NCBI GenBank assembly: GCA_951406725.2
Contig: OX597826.1
Span: 45,260,001 to 45,324,000, forward strand
Length of the DNA: 64,000 nucleotides
Direction of reading: 5' to 3'
Source: Octopus vulgaris
Lineage: Eukaryota
The notes under the pieces were generated by a model. That model worked only from the letters and a program-made list of their open reading frames with translations. It searched no databases and was not told the origin of the DNA. Below, one piece after another: positions 61,414 through 64,000 of the stretch (position 1 is its first letter; each line of letters begins with the position of its first letter). The position numbers and the translations under genes are program-made.

Positions 61414-61712
61414 GTTGAAGCGGATGCACCGAATTTGTGGGAGTATTTCAGAAGCCTCAAGTAATATATCCGACCAAATGTGGCAAGTGGACTGGAAGCA
61501 AATCGAATCTGAGGTAAACAAGTAGAACTAAAGTCAGAAGATGCTCTTCGAAGTTGGCCAACTAAGACTAAAGAGCGTGAAATTCGATCCGTATAGAAGC
61601 ATTACTTCCTGGTCGTATTTCCTGAACTGCAAAGTTATCCGCAAGTTAACAGCTTAAAATGGTTTTTAATTTAGATAGAAGGTCAGACATTTTGAGAAGC
61701 AGAGTCAATACC

Positions 61713-61943
61713 TATTTCTTTACTACCCACAAGGGGCTAAGCACAGAGAAGACAAACAAGGAGAGACAAACGGATTAAGTCGATTATATCGACCCCAGTG
61801 CGTAACTGGTACTTATTTAATCGACCCCGAAAGGATGACAGGTAAAGTCGACCTCGGCGGAATTTGAACTCAGAACGTAACGGCAGACGAAATGCCGCAA
61901 AGCATTCCACCCGGTGTGCTAACGTTTCTGCCAGCTCGCCGCC
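61713..61943 (-). mobile_element. SINE family B, full-length, with 21-bp TSD
   Basis: Flanks TTGAGAAGCAGAGTCAATACC (61692-61712) / TTGAGCAGCAGAGTCAATACC (61944-61964). Confidence 0.93.
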
Positions 61944-63520
61944 TTGAGCAGCAGAGTCAATACCGGTGACAATTAGTATTTTACTGGTACCTTATTTTAT
62001 TTGATTACGGAAAGATGAAAAGCTGTGTTGCACCTGGCAGGAACAATACCCAGGACGCAAAAATTCGAAAGAAAAACTGCCTGGCATTTTGTCCGACACT
62101 CTAAAGATCGACCCCGGAGGGATGAAAGGCAGCACTGACTCCGGTAAGGACTAAATTCGCAATGTAATGAGTCAGAAGAAGCACTGTATATAATTTTGTC
62201 CGATGATCCGATGATTTTGCCAGTTCGATGTCTTGGCAGAGTTTAAAATATATCAAACAATACGCTGTCCTGACAGTAAAGGAAATTAAAGGATATCGCC
62301 ACAAATTCTAAAATAGTAGCGTTTTAGTGAAGACCCCACCAAGAGTATGCGAAAGAACGATGACACCCTTTTTAGAGAATGTCGGGAACTTTGTTGTTGG
62401 GTAGAGGCCCGACACATTACAGCTGTTGTATTATGGATTAGACACCATATTCCCCTCCAAAATGTAGAGTTCCGTGGAGCTAACCCTTTTTCTTTAATTT
62501 CCTTTGACTGCACCCATGACATTATTGAAAACTGGATGTTTTCATATTCATGGCTTGTTCAGTGGGCACTTATTTAAGAGATTACCTCAGTTCACTTCCT
62601 TTAGATGTAGTTACCATCAGCTAGACTAGATTTTCCGACACGATGCCATTTGAACTTTTTTTGGTAGACTACAATATGTATGCCTCCTTCGATCGGCCCT
62701 GGTGTGGGTGAGGTAGATTTTTTTCTTAAGGAAATGCTTACGTTTCGTGCTAATAATGATCTTTCGAGACCCGAGCAACAGGTCTGTACTCGAAGATGCT
62801 AATTGCAGTTTAAGCGGTGCTCTGATGTTGGGAGTTGTCACGTATATACCGCAGCAAGGGGAGGCAAGCCAACCATTTTCAAGCACCTTGCTAAGTACAT
62901 CAGCACAAATATTACTTGGTGAATGGCATCCTTGTACGTACTCCAGACTTGAGAGTAATTAGCATATAGAAGTGGGATTGTCGTGTTTTTGGGAGGAGCA
63001 AAAATTTTTTCTGCTCAGATATTTCTAATCGTCTGGCAGATAACAACTGTATTATTCGGATTTGCTAAAAGTGGTCCGGCGAAAATCAGAGAGACTCTCG
63101 AGATAAGTGGTTTTCAAACTACTAATACCAGCTCCACTAAAACTATTAGGGGAAGACATTTTATCCTTAGTTTCTTTATGATTTCTTATTTTGGCACAAA
63201 GGAACAATTTCTTTGGGTAGAGTTTTGTCTATACTGTCAACTTCAGCATTTGACTTTATTCTATCGACCCCGAAAAGATGAAAGCAAAGTTGACGTTAAC
63301 ATGATTAGAACTCAGAAACTACAAAAGCGACAGAAATGCCGCACGGGAAAAAAATTAGAATTTCGATCTTTATAGTTCTTCTTTATTCATCATGGGGACG
63401 GACAAGTTTAAAAAACTGAAAATCATTCAAAATCTTATTAAACATAATTTGTTCACCATCTTTTCAATCATGAACGCCTGCCTTTAGAAAATAGTATCTT
63501 AGATGGTACATAGTACATAG

Positions 63521-63691
63521 ATGGTTCACTATACAGACCATAATTTTGTGATGTATACAGTCTACCGAGATAAGATCGTTAAGCAAGGGCCTGTTTCCTG
63601 GAAGCTTAACGCTCCTACTGCACTATGGAAAACTTACAGCGACTGGATTAGTGAGTTAGCTAGGCAAAAATTGATAAGTGATTATAAATGA
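63521..63691 (+). mobile_element. L1/Tx1-like LINE ORF2 relic (end of APE endonuclease)
   Basis: Frame from 63521: MVHYTDHNFVMYTVYRDKIVKQGPVSWKLNA, resembling SDH...GPGYWKLN of Tx1-type elements. Confidence 0.5.
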
Positions 63692-64000
63692 TAGTTGGCG
63701 TTGCCAAGGAAAAATTAGAGTAGAATCGGTAAGATATAGTAACTAAATAACAGAAAACCTCTTTAAACATGCGAGAAAATCAATTGTTAATATATGACAA
63801 GATTCTGGAAGGAATTTCGCAGCAGAATTGTAGCGGGGCGAACGGCTCTCTACCAGTTATTCGAAACCAAAAACGCAAGTTATATTGACTGAGCTAAAAC
63901 ATGGGAACATTAAATTCGTTAGATGAATTTGGGAGCCAGAGATGGATAACCGTAACGTTAATTGAGTCACAGAATGGTCTTGAATTAAACACGTGATATT

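Noticed and set aside
61449-61516. Possible small exon ASSNISDQMWQVDWKQIESE bounded by AG/GT
   Set aside because: Poor polypyrimidine tract and no partner exons; cannot be distinguished from chance.
62300-62960. Possible L1/Tx1 RT remnant on the minus strand (GVR/QGC..PLLRYIRDN)
   Set aside because: Needs several frameshifts; too degenerate to call without a profile search.

Overview
AT-rich, microsatellite-saturated eukaryotic DNA with no intact protein-coding gene. Nearly every ORF in the track is a (TA)n/(CA)n/(TACA)n/(GATA)n/trinucleotide artefact. The repeats (three tRNA-headed SINE families, DD37D/maT, mariner and Tigger relics, RTE and RLE-type LINE ends) resemble an octopus genome; this is inference. 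The most notable hidden signal is eight minimal type-I hammerhead ribozyme motifs in four families. They sit in short elements mostly beside (TA)n arrays, with direct or inverted duplications (Penelope-like/retrozyme architecture). One locus has two inverted hammerheads next to a perfect 81-bp-arm palindrome. Also seen: a SINE that appears to insert into itself at GGTAT, a GG-terminal 8-bp-TSD MITE carrying telomeric repeats, a cluster of TGCC-N5-GGCA palindromes, and a weak candidate first exon on the minus strand. Boundaries of degraded elements are approximate.
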